Counted from the stretch's first letter, positions 48,675 through 60,291 are shown. The stretch is 64,000 nucleotides of DNA from Dehalococcoidia bacterium (GCA_965247645.1 OZ252024.1:974455-1038454), one strand, 5' to 3'. The notes: generated by a model from the sequence alone, not told the origin. Translations and numbers: made by a program.

Positions 48675-48894
48675 CCCCTGCCGGCTCTGCCTTCTTATCC
48701 GTTTCGGATGAGGGCTTTTTTGACCCCTCCTCCAGCTCTAGCAGGTTGGGCAGCTCGCTGGTGGTTCGCCTCACCTCCTGAACGAAGCTGCTCAAGGAGC
48801 GCGCCAAGTTCACCATCCGGGCGGGGCCCAGGACCAGATAGGCAACGAGCAGTATTATCAGGACCTCTATTGGGCCTATTCCCAGGAAATCCAT
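48640..48894 (-). CDS. TatA/TatB-family translocase subunit (TatB-like)
   Basis: MDFLGIGPIEVLIILLVAYLVLGPARM, then an amphipathic helix and a charged tail. Confidence 0.75.
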   Translation of the reverse strand: MDFLGIGPIEVLIILLVAYLVLGPARMVNLARSLSSFVQEVRRTTSELPNLLELEEGSKKPSSETDKKAEPAGGGPDEEGPVAR

Positions 48895-49071
48895 CTACCG
48901 CTATCCTCACTATCGGGCGCGAAGGGTTGTCCTTCCAGGCACACAGCGCTCTAGGGGTTCAACTATACCCTATCGGTAGTGGAGCGCCAAGGCTCATACT
49001 CTCAGCTCCATATGGGGAGCCTCCAACCTTACTCCTCCCATCCGCTCGTTGGGTTCCACGCGCTTACCCCC

Positions 49072-49107
49072 TCCCGCTTATGGTGAGCTTGTGGAATCAG
49101 GTGAGCG
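49072..49107 (+). repeat. Dispersed REP-like repeat, family B copy 3
   Basis: cccgcttatggtgagcttgtggaatcaggtgagcgg. Confidence 0.6.
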
Positions 49108-49200
49108 GTAGGGCGGAGGGTCTCCAACCGCGCGTGAACGTCGCGCTTATGCAGGGTTTGTCCACGCGTGTTACAATAATGGTATCCCACGGACTCCAGA

Positions 49201-51675
49201 GTGTGGAGGCCCACATTGCCAGAGCTGCTCCCGGAATCTCTCCGCAACGTCTGTGACGACTCGTGTCTGCAATTCCAGACCACTGCAGACCTGCCGCCAC
49301 TGCAAGCCATAATAGGACAGCGGCGCGCGGTGCGGGCCCTGGAGTTTGGGCTTGGTATAGAGGAAAAGGGATACAACGTATACGTGGCCGGCCAATCCGG
49401 GACGGGGAAAACCTCCGCCATAACCACCTTTCTCCAGGAGCGAGCCGGCGACAGAAAGCCTCCCCCCGACTGGTGCTACGTCCAGAACTTCAGGGATCCC
49501 AGCCAGCCCAGGGCGCTGCAACTGCCCGCCGGCAGGGGCCGAGAGCTCCAGCGAGACATGAGGAACCTGGTGGACGAAGCCACACGCGACATCACTCGTT
49601 CCCTGGAAGGCGAGGAGTACTCCAATCGCAGAGAAGACCTTATCCAGGAGTTCCGTCGTGAGAGAGAGAGCCTCTTCGGCACCCTCAACGACCGCGCCAG
49701 GGAGGAGGGGTTCCTCCTTCAGACAACCTCCACCGGCCTGGTCCTGGTCCCGCACAGAGACGGCAGGCCACTATCCGAAGATGAGACGGCCTCCCTTACC
49801 GCCACTCAGCGAGAGAGACTGACCCAGACGCGGGAGTCCCTGGAGAGCGACCTGAAACAGGTCTTCACACAGGTGCGCAGGACCGAGCGGCGCTCCTATG
49901 AGCGCATCCAGCAAGTGGACCAGGAGATAGTCCGCTTTGCCCTTGATTTTCTCGTTCAGGAGCTGACGGAAAAGTACGACTCCCTCCCGCAGGTCAAAAT
50001 CTACCTGGATGAGGTGGAGTCTGACATGGCGGAGAACGCCGACCTGTTCCGGGCCAAGCCCCAAGAGGAACGGAACCCAGCCAACGCGCGGTCTGCTACA
50101 GACTCCTCTCACACCATGCGGCGTTACGAGGTCAACGTCATCGTGGACAACTCCCAGACTCAAGGCGCGCCGGTGGTGTCGGAGTTCAACCCCACTCCCG
50201 GCAACATCATGGGGCGCGTGGAGAGGGAGGCCCAGTTCGGCGCTCTGGAGACGGACCTGACCATGATACGGCCGGGCTCGCTGCACCGGGCCAACGGTGG
50301 CTTCTACATCCTCAGAATAGAGGAGATGCTGCGCAACCCCTTCTCCTGGGAAGGACTCAAGCGGTGCCTCAAGGAAGGCAAGATAGCCATTGAGGAGACG
50401 GCGGAGCGCATGGGCTTTATGGCCACCAAAGGGTTGTCGCCGGAGCCTATACCCCTGGATATAAAGACCATACTCATTGGCAACCCCATGCTCTATCACA
50501 GGCTGTACTCCCACGACCCGGACTTTGTGGAGCTGTTCAAGGTGAAAGTGGAGTTCGATAGCAGCATGGACCGCACGGACGAGAACGTCAGGGACTACGC
50601 CGCCTTCATCTGCGCCCTTGGAGAGAAAGAAGATCTGCTGCCGGTGGACCGCAAGGGCGTGAGTAAGCTGGTGGAGCACAGCTCGCGCCTGGCAGACAAC
50701 CAGTCGAAGCTGTCCACACGCTTCTCGGAGATAAGCGACATCGTCCGCGAGTCCAACTACTGGGCCAAGAAGGACGGCGCGCCCTGCATCTACGCGCAGC
50801 ACATGACCCGCGCCATCGACGAGAAGATATACCGTTCGGACCTGATACGGGAGAAGGTCCTGGAATTGATCGCCAGCGGCACCATAGACATAGACACGGA
50901 GGGCGAGGTCATAGGGCAGGTGAACGGCCTGGCTGTCCTGGACCTGGGCGACTTCTCCTTTGGACGGCCCGGCCGCATCACGGTCAGCGTCTCACCAGGC
51001 AGGCAGGGACTCATAGACATTGAGAGGGAGGCCAACCTGGGAGGAAGGCTTCACACAAAAGGGGTGATGATCCTGGGCGGCTACCTGGCGGACAGACACG
51101 CGCAGGGTGTTCCCATGTCGCTTGCAGCCCGCCTGACAATGGAGCAGAGCTACGCGGAGATTGAGGGCGATAGCGCATCCAGCGCAGAGCTGTACGCCCT
51201 TCTATCTCGCTTGGCGGACCTGCCCATCAAGCAGGGAATCGCGGTTACCGGCTCCGTAAACCAGAAGGGGCAGGTACAGGCCATAGGAGGCGTCAACGAG
51301 AAGGTGGAGGGGTTCTTCTACGTCTGCCAGGCCAAGGGTCTGACGGGAGGCCAGGGCGTGATGATACCCGCGGCCAACGCGCAGAACCTGATGCTCCGGG
51401 AAGAGGTAGTGCAGGCGGTGAGCGAAGGCCGGTTCCACGTCTACAGCGTGAGCGCTATCGACGAGGGAATCGAGATCCTCACCGGGGTGAAGGCGGGCGC
51501 AACTGGAGCCGACGGCTCCTTTGAGGAGGGATCGGTGAACCGGCGGGTCAGTCAGAAGCTGCGAGACATGGCCCGGGGTCTCCGTGACTTCGGCCGCCGG
51601 GAGCGCAGCAGGCCCGCGAACGGCGCGGAGCCAACCGCAGCCGAGGAATCGCCCGGCAGCCCCACCGAAGGCTGA
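49201..51675 (+). CDS. Lon-related ATP-dependent protease (AAA+ module plus S16 Lon proteolytic domain)
   Basis: 824 aa. Walker A GQSGTGKTS. The C-terminal Lon protease domain reads EIEGDSASSAELYALLSRLADLPIKQGIAVTGSVNQKGQVQAIGGVNEKVEGFF. Confidence 0.8.
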   Translation: MWRPTLPELLPESLRNVCDDSCLQFQTTADLPPLQAIIGQRRAVRALEFGLGIEEKGYNVYVAGQSGTGKTSAITTFLQERAGDRKPPPDWCYVQNFRDPSQPRALQLPAGRGRELQRDMRNLVDEATRDITRSLEGEEYSNRREDLIQEFRRERESLFGTLNDRAREEGFLLQTTSTGLVLVPHRDGRPLSEDETASLTATQRERLTQTRESLESDLKQVFTQVRRTERRSYERIQQVDQEIVRFALDFLVQELTEKYDSLPQVKIYLDEVESDMAENADLFRAKPQEERNPANARSATDSSHTMRRYEVNVIVDNSQTQGAPVVSEFNPTPGNIMGRVEREAQFGALETDLTMIRPGSLHRANGGFYILRIEEMLRNPFSWEGLKRCLKEGKIAIEETAERMGFMATKGLSPEPIPLDIKTILIGNPMLYHRLYSHDPDFVELFKVKVEFDSSMDRTDENVRDYAAFICALGEKEDLLPVDRKGVSKLVEHSSRLADNQSKLSTRFSEISDIVRESNYWAKKDGAPCIYAQHMTRAIDEKIYRSDLIREKVLELIASGTIDIDTEGEVIGQVNGLAVLDLGDFSFGRPGRITVSVSPGRQGLIDIEREANLGGRLHTKGVMILGGYLADRHAQGVPMSLAARLTMEQSYAEIEGDSASSAELYALLSRLADLPIKQGIAVTGSVNQKGQVQAIGGVNEKVEGFFYVCQAKGLTGGQGVMIPAANAQNLMLREEVVQAVSEGRFHVYSVSAIDEGIEILTGVKAGATGADGSFEEGSVNRRVSQKLRDMARGLRDFGRRERSRPANGAEPTAAEESPGSPTEG

Positions 51676-51714
51676 GGCCGGAACGGCGGGCAGAATCAAG
51701 GGAAGGGGACACAC

Positions 51715-52371
51715 TTGACGGACCGGCCGTCTGAGTTGAAGGCGCTGGCTGAGAAGGCGCGCGCCTTCTTCGGCGACAAGCACGCCGCGCGGGAGCGCGC
51801 GTTGCAGCTCTCCCGCGTGACCATCCAGCTATCCTCGACCGCCATCCGCGCTGTCCATCGCAACGAGTACGACGAGGCCCGCGCGCTCATCCGCTCGGCC
51901 GGGGAGCGCGTAGCCGAGATGAAGGACATCCGGGAGAACCACCCGGACATCTACTACACCGGCTTCGTGCAGGACGCCCAGAAGGAGTACGTTGAGGCCA
52001 ACGCAACCCTGGCGTTCATCACCGGCGCATCGCTGCCCTACCCGGAGGAGCTTGGAATATCCTACGGCGCTTACCTAAACGGCCTGGGCGAGACCATTGG
52101 AGAGATGCGGAGATACCTGCTGGACTCCCTCCGCCGCGGCGATGTGTCGCGCTGCGAGGAGCTGCTTGATCTGATGGATCACGTCTACACGGAGTTGTTC
52201 ACCATGGACTTCCCAGAGGCTATCACCGGCGGACTCAGGCGCACGACGGACGCCATGCGGGGCATCATGGAGCGCACTCGCGGAGACCTCACCACGGCCC
52301 TGAGACAGCAGAGCCTGGAGGAACGGCTCAGCCGGCTATGGGACAGGTTAACCACGCAAAACCTTGACTAG
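51715..52371 (+). CDS. Translin-family protein
   Basis: 218 aa. AYLNGLGETIGEMRRYLLDSLRRGDVSRCEELLDLMDHVYTELFTMDFPEAITGGLRRTTDAMRGIMERTRGDL aligns by eye with the human translin segment DYLSGVLILASELSRLSVNSVTAGDYSRPLHISTFINELDSGFRLLNLKNDSLRKRYDGLKYDVKKVEEVVYDL. Confidence 0.65.
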   Translation: MTDRPSELKALAEKARAFFGDKHAARERALQLSRVTIQLSSTAIRAVHRNEYDEARALIRSAGERVAEMKDIRENHPDIYYTGFVQDAQKEYVEANATLAFITGASLPYPEELGISYGAYLNGLGETIGEMRRYLLDSLRRGDVSRCEELLDLMDHVYTELFTMDFPEAITGGLRRTTDAMRGIMERTRGDLTTALRQQSLEERLSRLWDRLTTQNLD

Positions 52372-52473
52372 AAGATTTACTAGTGATAGATTGCACATTT
52401 GGATAGAACCGGGCAAGAAGCCTGCCATCGACTTCCCTGGCCCTTTATCCCGCGCAGGGCGAGACTATCATTG

Positions 52474-52504
52474 CCCGCTCATGCCGAGCTTGTCGAACCA
52501 TAGG
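52474..52504 (+). repeat. Dispersed REP-like repeat, family B copy 4
   Basis: cccgctcatgccgagcttgtcgaaccatagg. Confidence 0.6.
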
Positions 52505-52513
52505 AGATAGCAA

Positions 52514-54523
<2,010 letters not shown>

Positions 54524-54559
54524 GCGCAGCCGTCCCGCGGGGTATGTTTGAGGCGTGGT

Positions 54560-54615
54560 CCGCTCATGCCCACCCCCACCCGTTCGTGGTGAGCCTGTCG
54601 AGCCATATGAGTGGG
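54560..54615 (+). repeat. Dispersed REP-like repeat, family B copy 5
   Basis: ccgctcatgcccacccccacccgttcgtggtgagcctgtcgagccatatgagtggg. Confidence 0.65.
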
Positions 54616-54707
54616 CCAACGCTTGCCCCTGCGGCAGCTCGGGGTAGTATGCTATAATCGTGGGTACAACAAACGCGGGCCGCGTACCTCGCGCCAGGAG
54701 TTGAAAC

Positions 54708-55565
54708 ATGACCCAAAGCGACTATCCTCGCCCGGATCTTTTGGTGGAGTCGGAATGGCTTGAGGCTCACCTGAACGACCCCGACATCCGCATCGTAGAC
54801 TGCGACCAGTACGACCTGTACACCCGCGCCCACATCGCGAACGCCGTGGGCATCCCGGAGCACAACTTCATCAAGAACCCGAACTTCCCCAGCGATCCCA
54901 CTGGCTATCCCCTGGTGGCGTCGGCGGAGGACTTTGCGCGTTTGATGGGCAGAATGGGCATTGGGAACGACACGACTGTTGTGGCCTACGACGCCGGTGG
55001 AGGAACACGCGCCGCCCGGCTGTGGTGGGTTCTCAACTACTACGGACACACCAAGGCCATGATGCTCAACGGCGGCTGGAAGAAGTGGCACGACGAGGGT
55101 CGGCCCACGTCGACGGACGCGCTGAGGCCACCGGAGGCCTCTTTCACCTCTACGGAAGTCCCCGACTTGGTCTGCCTGATGGACTACGGAGTCTCGTGCG
55201 TCGGGGACCCGGACACGGTGTTCCTGGACGTGCGCTCGGACGACGAGTGGACCGGAGCCGGCGCCCGCGGCAACAAGCGAGCCGGACACGTGCCCGGAGC
55301 CGTGCACCTGGAGTGGCTCAACTTCGTGACCAGCGACAAGCATCAGACCGTCAAGCCGGCCCATGAGCTCAGGGCCATGCTGGAGGAGCGCGGCGTAACG
55401 CCGGACAAGCAGGTGATCACCTATTGACAGGGAGGAATCCGTGCGGCGCACGGCGCGTTCGTTCTCACCCTTATGGGATACAACCGGGTCCGTAACTATG
55501 ACGGCTCCATGGGAGAGTGGGCCAATCGAGACCACACCCCTCTGATGGTGGAGAGCGGGGGCTGA
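54708..55565 (+). CDS. Tandem-rhodanese sulfurtransferase with in-frame TGA (candidate selenocysteine) at the catalytic position
   Basis: The track ORF stops at TGA 55425-55427. The same frame continues for 45 codons (QGGIRAAHGAFVLTLMGYNRVRNYDGSMGEWANRDHTPLMVESGG) to TGA 55563-55565, completing the catalytic rhodanese domain. The TGA replaces the Cys of the CxxGxR active-site loop. Confidence 0.65.
55432..55466 (+). promoter_or_regulatory. Candidate bacterial SECIS hairpin
   Basis: Upper stem ccgtgc/gcacgg (55439-44 / 55448-53) with loop ggc. A possible lower stem is gagga/ttctc (55432-36 / 55462-66). The apical loop begins 17 nt after the UGA. No energy calculation was done. Confidence 0.4.
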
Positions 55566-55677
55566 TCCGGAGCGGCGCCATCCCCAAGATGCGGTATTCG
55601 TTGCCAAGGCTGCGCTTGGCGCACCCACAGCAGGCCCCGGCAAGGTCGGGCCTGTCCCGGGAAGGAGGACCACGTCC

Positions 55678-56691
55678 ATGCTGCTCAGCCCAAATGACTC
55701 GCGTATCACGTGGCAAGGCGCCATATCCTTTCAAGACGCCGGTGAGTGGTTACAGCCCTGGCGGCTCCCCTACAGGGATCTGGCCCTGTTCCCGCCGGAC
55801 GCCCTGAGGGAACGAGCGGCAATGCCTGCGGGCGTGCGTATCAGCTTCCACAGCGACGCGACCACGCTGGCGGGCCGGATAGAGCCGTCCCCTGAGGCCT
55901 CGCCGCTCGACATCCTCTGCGACGGGCTGCCCTTCGGCTCAGCGGAGCTTGCGGGCCAGAGTTCCTTTGCGTTCCACAATCTGCCGCCCGGCGAGAAGCT
56001 GATAGAGCTGTGGCTGCCCCAGTTCGGCGAGTTCCGCCTCAGGTCGCTGGAGGCGCCCGATGGCGCCACCATCGCCCCTTACGATGACCCCAGGCCGCGA
56101 TGGATTACGTACGGCAGCTCCATCACCCACTGCCGCACCGCAGAAAGCCCCAGCCTCACCTGGCCGGCCATAGTCGCCCGTGAGCACGGCCTGAACCTGA
56201 CCTGCCTTGGCTACGGCGGAAACTGCCACCTGGAGCCGATGGTCGCACGAATGATGCGCTCCCTTCCCGCCGATTTCATCTCCATCAAGGTGGGAATCAA
56301 CGTCTACGGCAACGGGAGCCTAAACCTTCGCACCTTCCGGCCCGCCGTCATTGGCTTCGTGGAGATACTCAGGGAGGGACATCCGGACACACCCCTGGCA
56401 GTTATTTCGCCCATCTACTCGCCCTCGCGGGAGGAGACGCCCAACGCGGTGGAGTTTACCCTGCGGGACATGCGGGAGGAGGTCGCCGAGGCAGTGAGCG
56501 CTCTACAGGGGCGCGGCGACCGCAATATCCACTACGTGGACGGGCTAAAGCTGTTCGGCTCCGAGTACACACACATGCTCCCGGACGGCCTGCACCCGGA
56601 CCCGGAGGGATACAAGACGCTTGGATACAACTTCCTGAGAGAAGTGGCGACGCCCCTGTTTCGGAAAGCCGCCGCCTCTTCAGTATCCTGA
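55678..56691 (+). CDS. SGNH/GDSL-family hydrolase
   Basis: 337 aa. Block I ITYGSSITHC (nucleophile Ser), then GYGGNC and a C-terminal DGLHPDPEG (Asp-x-x-His block). RBS ggaaggagga. Confidence 0.75.
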   Translation: MLLSPNDSRITWQGAISFQDAGEWLQPWRLPYRDLALFPPDALRERAAMPAGVRISFHSDATTLAGRIEPSPEASPLDILCDGLPFGSAELAGQSSFAFHNLPPGEKLIELWLPQFGEFRLRSLEAPDGATIAPYDDPRPRWITYGSSITHCRTAESPSLTWPAIVAREHGLNLTCLGYGGNCHLEPMVARMMRSLPADFISIKVGINVYGNGSLNLRTFRPAVIGFVEILREGHPDTPLAVISPIYSPSREETPNAVEFTLRDMREEVAEAVSALQGRGDRNIHYVDGLKLFGSEYTHMLPDGLHPDPEGYKTLGYNFLREVATPLFRKAAASSVS

Positions 56692-56726
56692 GCGCATCGG
56701 CTGAAAGATACCATTCCCACTATGTT

Positions 56727-56806
56727 AGGAGGACGACGCAATGGCGATATTTCTTCGTGAGGAGGACGTGGTACGCCTTCTGCCCATGAATGAGGTCATA
56801 AGATAG
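56727..56806 (+). pseudogene. Duplicated 5' fragment (RBS plus first ~20 codons) of the ornithine cyclodeaminase-family gene
   Basis: aggaggacgacgcaatggcgatatttcttcgtgagga... is near-identical over about 75 nt to 60278-60351. It reads [21 protein letters not shown] and then a stop. Confidence 0.7.
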
Positions 56807-58827
56807 TGAGCAGGGCATTTATAGCGACCCTGGCACTTGCAATGCTGGTTTTTGCCCTGGCGTGCCAGGAGCAGGAACCTACTGCCGCGCCCAGCGCAAT
56901 GGCTACACCGGTTTCAACATCAACTCCTACGCCCGCGCCGACAGCCACCGCGACGGCAGTCCCAACGGCTTCGCCGACGCCCATTCCAACGCCTACTCCT
57001 ACCCCAGAGCCTACGGCTACCGCGACGGCGGTCCCAACACCAACACCAACGCCTACGCCCACTCCCACACCGGCGCCCACCAACACGCCAACCCCAACCC
57101 CAACGCCGGCGCCCACATCTACCCCCACTCCCATGCCCACGCCGGTTCCGGTCGAGCTTGACCTTTCACCCATATCGCCGACGCAGATGGACGTCAGCTG
57201 GTCGTTGGGTGTCGCAGATGCGACGGCGCTCTCTCTTTACCGGGACGGCGACCTCATAGCCACACCATCGATAGAAACCCAGTCCATAGAAGACGCCGAT
57301 CTCAGCCCCAACACCCGATACGTCTACAGGCTCGTCGCGAGCCGCCAGAACGACGCGGAGGTCGCAGATGAGAAGGCGGTGGCTACCCTTGCGCATCCTC
57401 CCAAGATTTCCACTCAGATGGCCACCCATTGGACGGGATTCCAGCAGCCCATAATCGACGAACTCAACCCGGACTACACGGAGTACCGCGTTACTCTAAC
57501 CAGGCATGGTAGGATCATTCCGGGGGAAGACGTGGCAGACTCCGGCTGGAGTACGAGCAAGTGTAGAAAGCTGGACGGCTTGCAACCGGGGCAGTCCTAC
57601 ACTGTCTCGGTCGCCGCAAGGAACCTGGACGGAATCGAGACGGGACCCGCGAACCTGATTAGAGGTTCCCCATTTGATTACTACGGTCATGCTTCTACCA
57701 GACAACACGCAGCCAACGAAGACCCGTGGGCCAAAAACCGGGTGCGCGACGTCGTTCGCATATACGGGCTTACGGAAGCCGCCGAGGAGTGGATGAATAG
57801 CGACATTCAAATCAGGTGGGAACGAGGCGAGCCGGGATATGCCGGGGCTCAGTGGGGTAGGCCCACTATAGGGCACAGCTATCCGGGAACGCTTATGCAC
57901 GAGGTAATGCATGTGTTCTGGCACTTTTGGGACGGATTCCCGGAACCGTGCGACCAGATGAACTTATACACATTCAGGCGAGATGTGGCACAATTCGTTA
58001 TCGACTTCCGGGATTACTACCACTCCGACTTTAGCGAGGATTTTGACTGGGAATCTTGGCGTCTGTACTACGACATGATGTTAGGCTTCCTTGAAGACGC
58101 ATCCCCTGACAACGAGGATTTTTGGGAGATCCTGGAGCGACGTGAATACATAAAGCTATGGTGGGGATTCTTCCACAGCATGGAGACCAACATACCGCTC
58201 CAGGCTCCACGGAGCTTGTCCCTGTTCCCACCAACGGTCCAGAAGTATTTCCAGGGGTTCATTGAGCCGGGGGAAGACATTACATGGGAGGAACACATCT
58301 TCTGGTACTCGCGGCTCGCGGAAGAGGACCAGGTACTGGCGCACCCCTTCGCCTCCCACGCCATTACACACCATACGATTGAGTCAATCGCAGACCCCGG
58401 ACACCCGCGAACCCGGCTCCCTGAACCGTTGAGGACGCATCTGAGGGAAGCCGACAGGCAGATGCTCGTCGACTTCATAAATACCCTGGAGGACATAAGA
58501 CCCTGGGAGTGGCGGGAACAGTCACCCTGGTTCTGGCACTACTACATCAGATGGCATATCTCCCGTGCAGACATATATGGCGCTGAGATTAGCCCTGAGA
58601 TGGGAATAGAGATGGACGAGGCCAACCTCCAAGCCGTTCTAACGGCGCTGGAGGCCTTATACAACTACCACTGCCTGCCCAAGGAGATTCCGAATTGCGG
58701 ATACGACCCCCACTCCCTTAGCCCTACGAGAAGGGATGCCGCCCACGAGACCATTACGAACCTGGACGCACTTACAGATAAACAGCGGAGAGTTCTTCTT
58801 GAGATGATAATGTTGGAGCGAGGCTAG
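56806..58827 (+). CDS. Secreted lipoprotein with Pro/Thr linker, FN3-like domains and an HExxH (zincin-like) motif
   Basis: 673 aa. GTG start, lipobox LVFALAC|QEQE and a ~90-aa PT-rich linker. FN3-like segments (PTQMDVSWS...[10 protein letters not shown]; YTEYRVTL...[10 protein letters not shown]). HEVMH at 57898-57912. Confidence 0.65.
   Translation: MSRAFIATLALAMLVFALACQEQEPTAAPSAMATPVSTSTPTPAPTATATAVPTASPTPIPTPTPTPEPTATATAVPTPTPTPTPTPTPAPTNTPTPTPTPAPTSTPTPMPTPVPVELDLSPISPTQMDVSWSLGVADATALSLYRDGDLIATPSIETQSIEDADLSPNTRYVYRLVASRQNDAEVADEKAVATLAHPPKISTQMATHWTGFQQPIIDELNPDYTEYRVTLTRHGRIIPGEDVADSGWSTSKCRKLDGLQPGQSYTVSVAARNLDGIETGPANLIRGSPFDYYGHASTRQHAANEDPWAKNRVRDVVRIYGLTEAAEEWMNSDIQIRWERGEPGYAGAQWGRPTIGHSYPGTLMHEVMHVFWHFWDGFPEPCDQMNLYTFRRDVAQFVIDFRDYYHSDFSEDFDWESWRLYYDMMLGFLEDASPDNEDFWEILERREYIKLWWGFFHSMETNIPLQAPRSLSLFPPTVQKYFQGFIEPGEDITWEEHIFWYSRLAEEDQVLAHPFASHAITHHTIESIADPGHPRTRLPEPLRTHLREADRQMLVDFINTLEDIRPWEWREQSPWFWHYYIRWHISRADIYGAEISPEMGIEMDEANLQAVLTALEALYNYHCLPKEIPNCGYDPHSLSPTRRDAAHETITNLDALTDKQRRVLLEMIMLERG
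56878..57150 (+). repeat. Low-complexity Pro/Thr-coding tract with an internal duplication
   Basis: Encodes [91 protein letters not shown]. Confidence 0.8.
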
Positions 58828-58828
58828 C

Positions 58829-58902
58829 GGTGTGGCTACCAGGCACATGGCCCTGGAAGGCTCCACATCCAGTGGCATCATTTTCAGTATCCTGAGCGCA
58901 TT
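58829..58902 (+). pseudogene. Internal fragment of the ornithine cyclodeaminase-family gene fused to a copy of the SGNH-gene 3' junction
   Basis: ggtgtggctaccaggcacatggccc (25/25 identical to 60601-60625), then a diverged continuation. After that, ttcagtatcctgagcgcat is identical to 56680-56698. Confidence 0.6.
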
Positions 58903-58965
58903 GGATGCAAGAGTTCTGTTGCATTGCTATGACAATTGGCGCTTTACAGGGTTGTTGACCTCTTT

Positions 58966-59056
58966 CCCGTTCGTGGTAAGCTTGTCGAACCACACGAGCA
59001 GGAAGACTACGGATGTGCGGCTCCTGCTCGCGCCCTTCGATAAGCTCAGGGCTAAC
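58966..59056 (+). repeat. Dispersed REP-like repeat, family B copy 6 (extended)
   Basis: cccgttcgtggtaagcttgtcgaaccacacgagcagg ... cccttcgataagctcagggctaac. The virtual translation FVVSLSNH...PFDKLRAN is a motif I recognise from spurious hypothetical proteins in many GC-rich genomes. Confidence 0.65.
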
Positions 59057-59177
59057 TGTACCGGGGCGGCCCCATTTTCATTCGCGCCTGTCCCGACTGA
59101 CAAGGTCCAATTGACAATGCCTACAGGCGGTGTTAGCCTGCTGACCATCCAACCTCCCTACGTAAGTCTGAGAGGAT

Positions 59178-60200
59178 ATGCCTCTGCTCAGCGCGATAGC
59201 TAGGCCATCGATTGTGACCTTGGCGGTTCTAATGCTCGTGGCTGCCCTGGCGTGCCAGGAGCAGGAGTCCGTCAGCACACCAGACACGCAGGCCACCATA
59301 GACGCCGGCGTGGCCGCGACCATTACAGCGGCTACCGTAGATGCCAGCGTAGCCGCTACCATTGAAGCGATGGCGACTGCTATTCCTGCACCGTCCCCTG
59401 GTCCGACAGGCTTCACAGCCATCAGCAGCAGTGCGATACACACGTGCGCACTCCGCGCCGACGGCTCACCAGTCTGCTGGGGCAGTGACAGCGCAGGCCA
59501 GGCGTCGCCGCCGCTGACTAAAGGATTCACAGCCATCAGCAGCGGCGGGATACACACATGCGCACTCCGCGCCGGCGGCTCGCCAGTCTGCTGGGGCAGT
59601 GACAGCGCAGGCCAGGCGTCGCCGCCCACGGACGAGAGGTTCACCGCCATCAGCAACGGAAGTGGGCACACCTGCGTACTACGCGTCAACGGCTCCCCAT
59701 TATGCTGGGGCTTGGATGAATATGGTCAGGCGTCGCCGCCCACGGACGAGAGGTTCACCGCTATCAGCAGTGGAAGTTGGCACAGCTGCGCACTACGCGT
59801 CAACGGCTCCCCAGTCTGCTGGGGCAGTGACAGCGCAGGCCAGGCGTCGCCGCCTGCAGGCGGAATGTTTACATCAATCAGCAGCGGCTGGCGCCACACG
59901 TGCGCACTCCGCACCGACGGTTCCCCAGTATGCTGGGGGTCCGACGTGTTTGGACAATTATCCCCACCTGCAGGCGAAACGTTTACATCAATCAGCAGCG
60001 GCTGGAGCCACACATGCGCACTCCGCACCGACGGCACGCCCGTCTGCTGGGGGGACGATGAAAACAGCCAAGCATCGCCACCTCTTGGCGCCATCGGCAC
60101 CTTCCTCAGCAGCGGAGCTGAGCACACCTGCGCAATCCGCGCAAACGGATCTCCTGTATGCTGGGGTTGGGATGAATACGGACAAGCGTCGCCGCCTTAG
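59178..60200 (+). CDS. RCC1-like repeat (beta-propeller) lipoprotein, 7 short repeats
   Basis: 340 aa. Lipobox LVAALAC|QEQE, then seven ~38-aa units FTAISSGxxHTCALRxxGSPVCWGSDxxGQASPP. Confidence 0.8.
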   Translation: MPLLSAIARPSIVTLAVLMLVAALACQEQESVSTPDTQATIDAGVAATITAATVDASVAATIEAMATAIPAPSPGPTGFTAISSSAIHTCALRADGSPVCWGSDSAGQASPPLTKGFTAISSGGIHTCALRAGGSPVCWGSDSAGQASPPTDERFTAISNGSGHTCVLRVNGSPLCWGLDEYGQASPPTDERFTAISSGSWHSCALRVNGSPVCWGSDSAGQASPPAGGMFTSISSGWRHTCALRTDGSPVCWGSDVFGQLSPPAGETFTSISSGWSHTCALRTDGTPVCWGDDENSQASPPLGAIGTFLSSGAEHTCAIRANGSPVCWGWDEYGQASPP

Positions 60201-60291
60201 GTGTAAACTAAGATTACCCCTCGTTGACACCACGAGGCGCTCCTGAGAAAATGGCGCCAGCCCATTCGGCGCTATACAGGAGGACGACGCA

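Noticed and set aside
54564-55724. 386-aa ORF antisense to the rhodanese gene
   Set aside because: Antisense shadow ORF with Arg/Gly/Val/His-rich composition. It would contradict the clear rhodanese and SGNH reading frames.
56878-57150. ACC/CCA/ACG-rich tract resembling a microsatellite
   Set aside because: It is the in-frame Pro/Thr linker of a lipoprotein. Similar linkers occur in the SBP and the PQQ dehydrogenase. I annotated it as a low-complexity coding repeat only.
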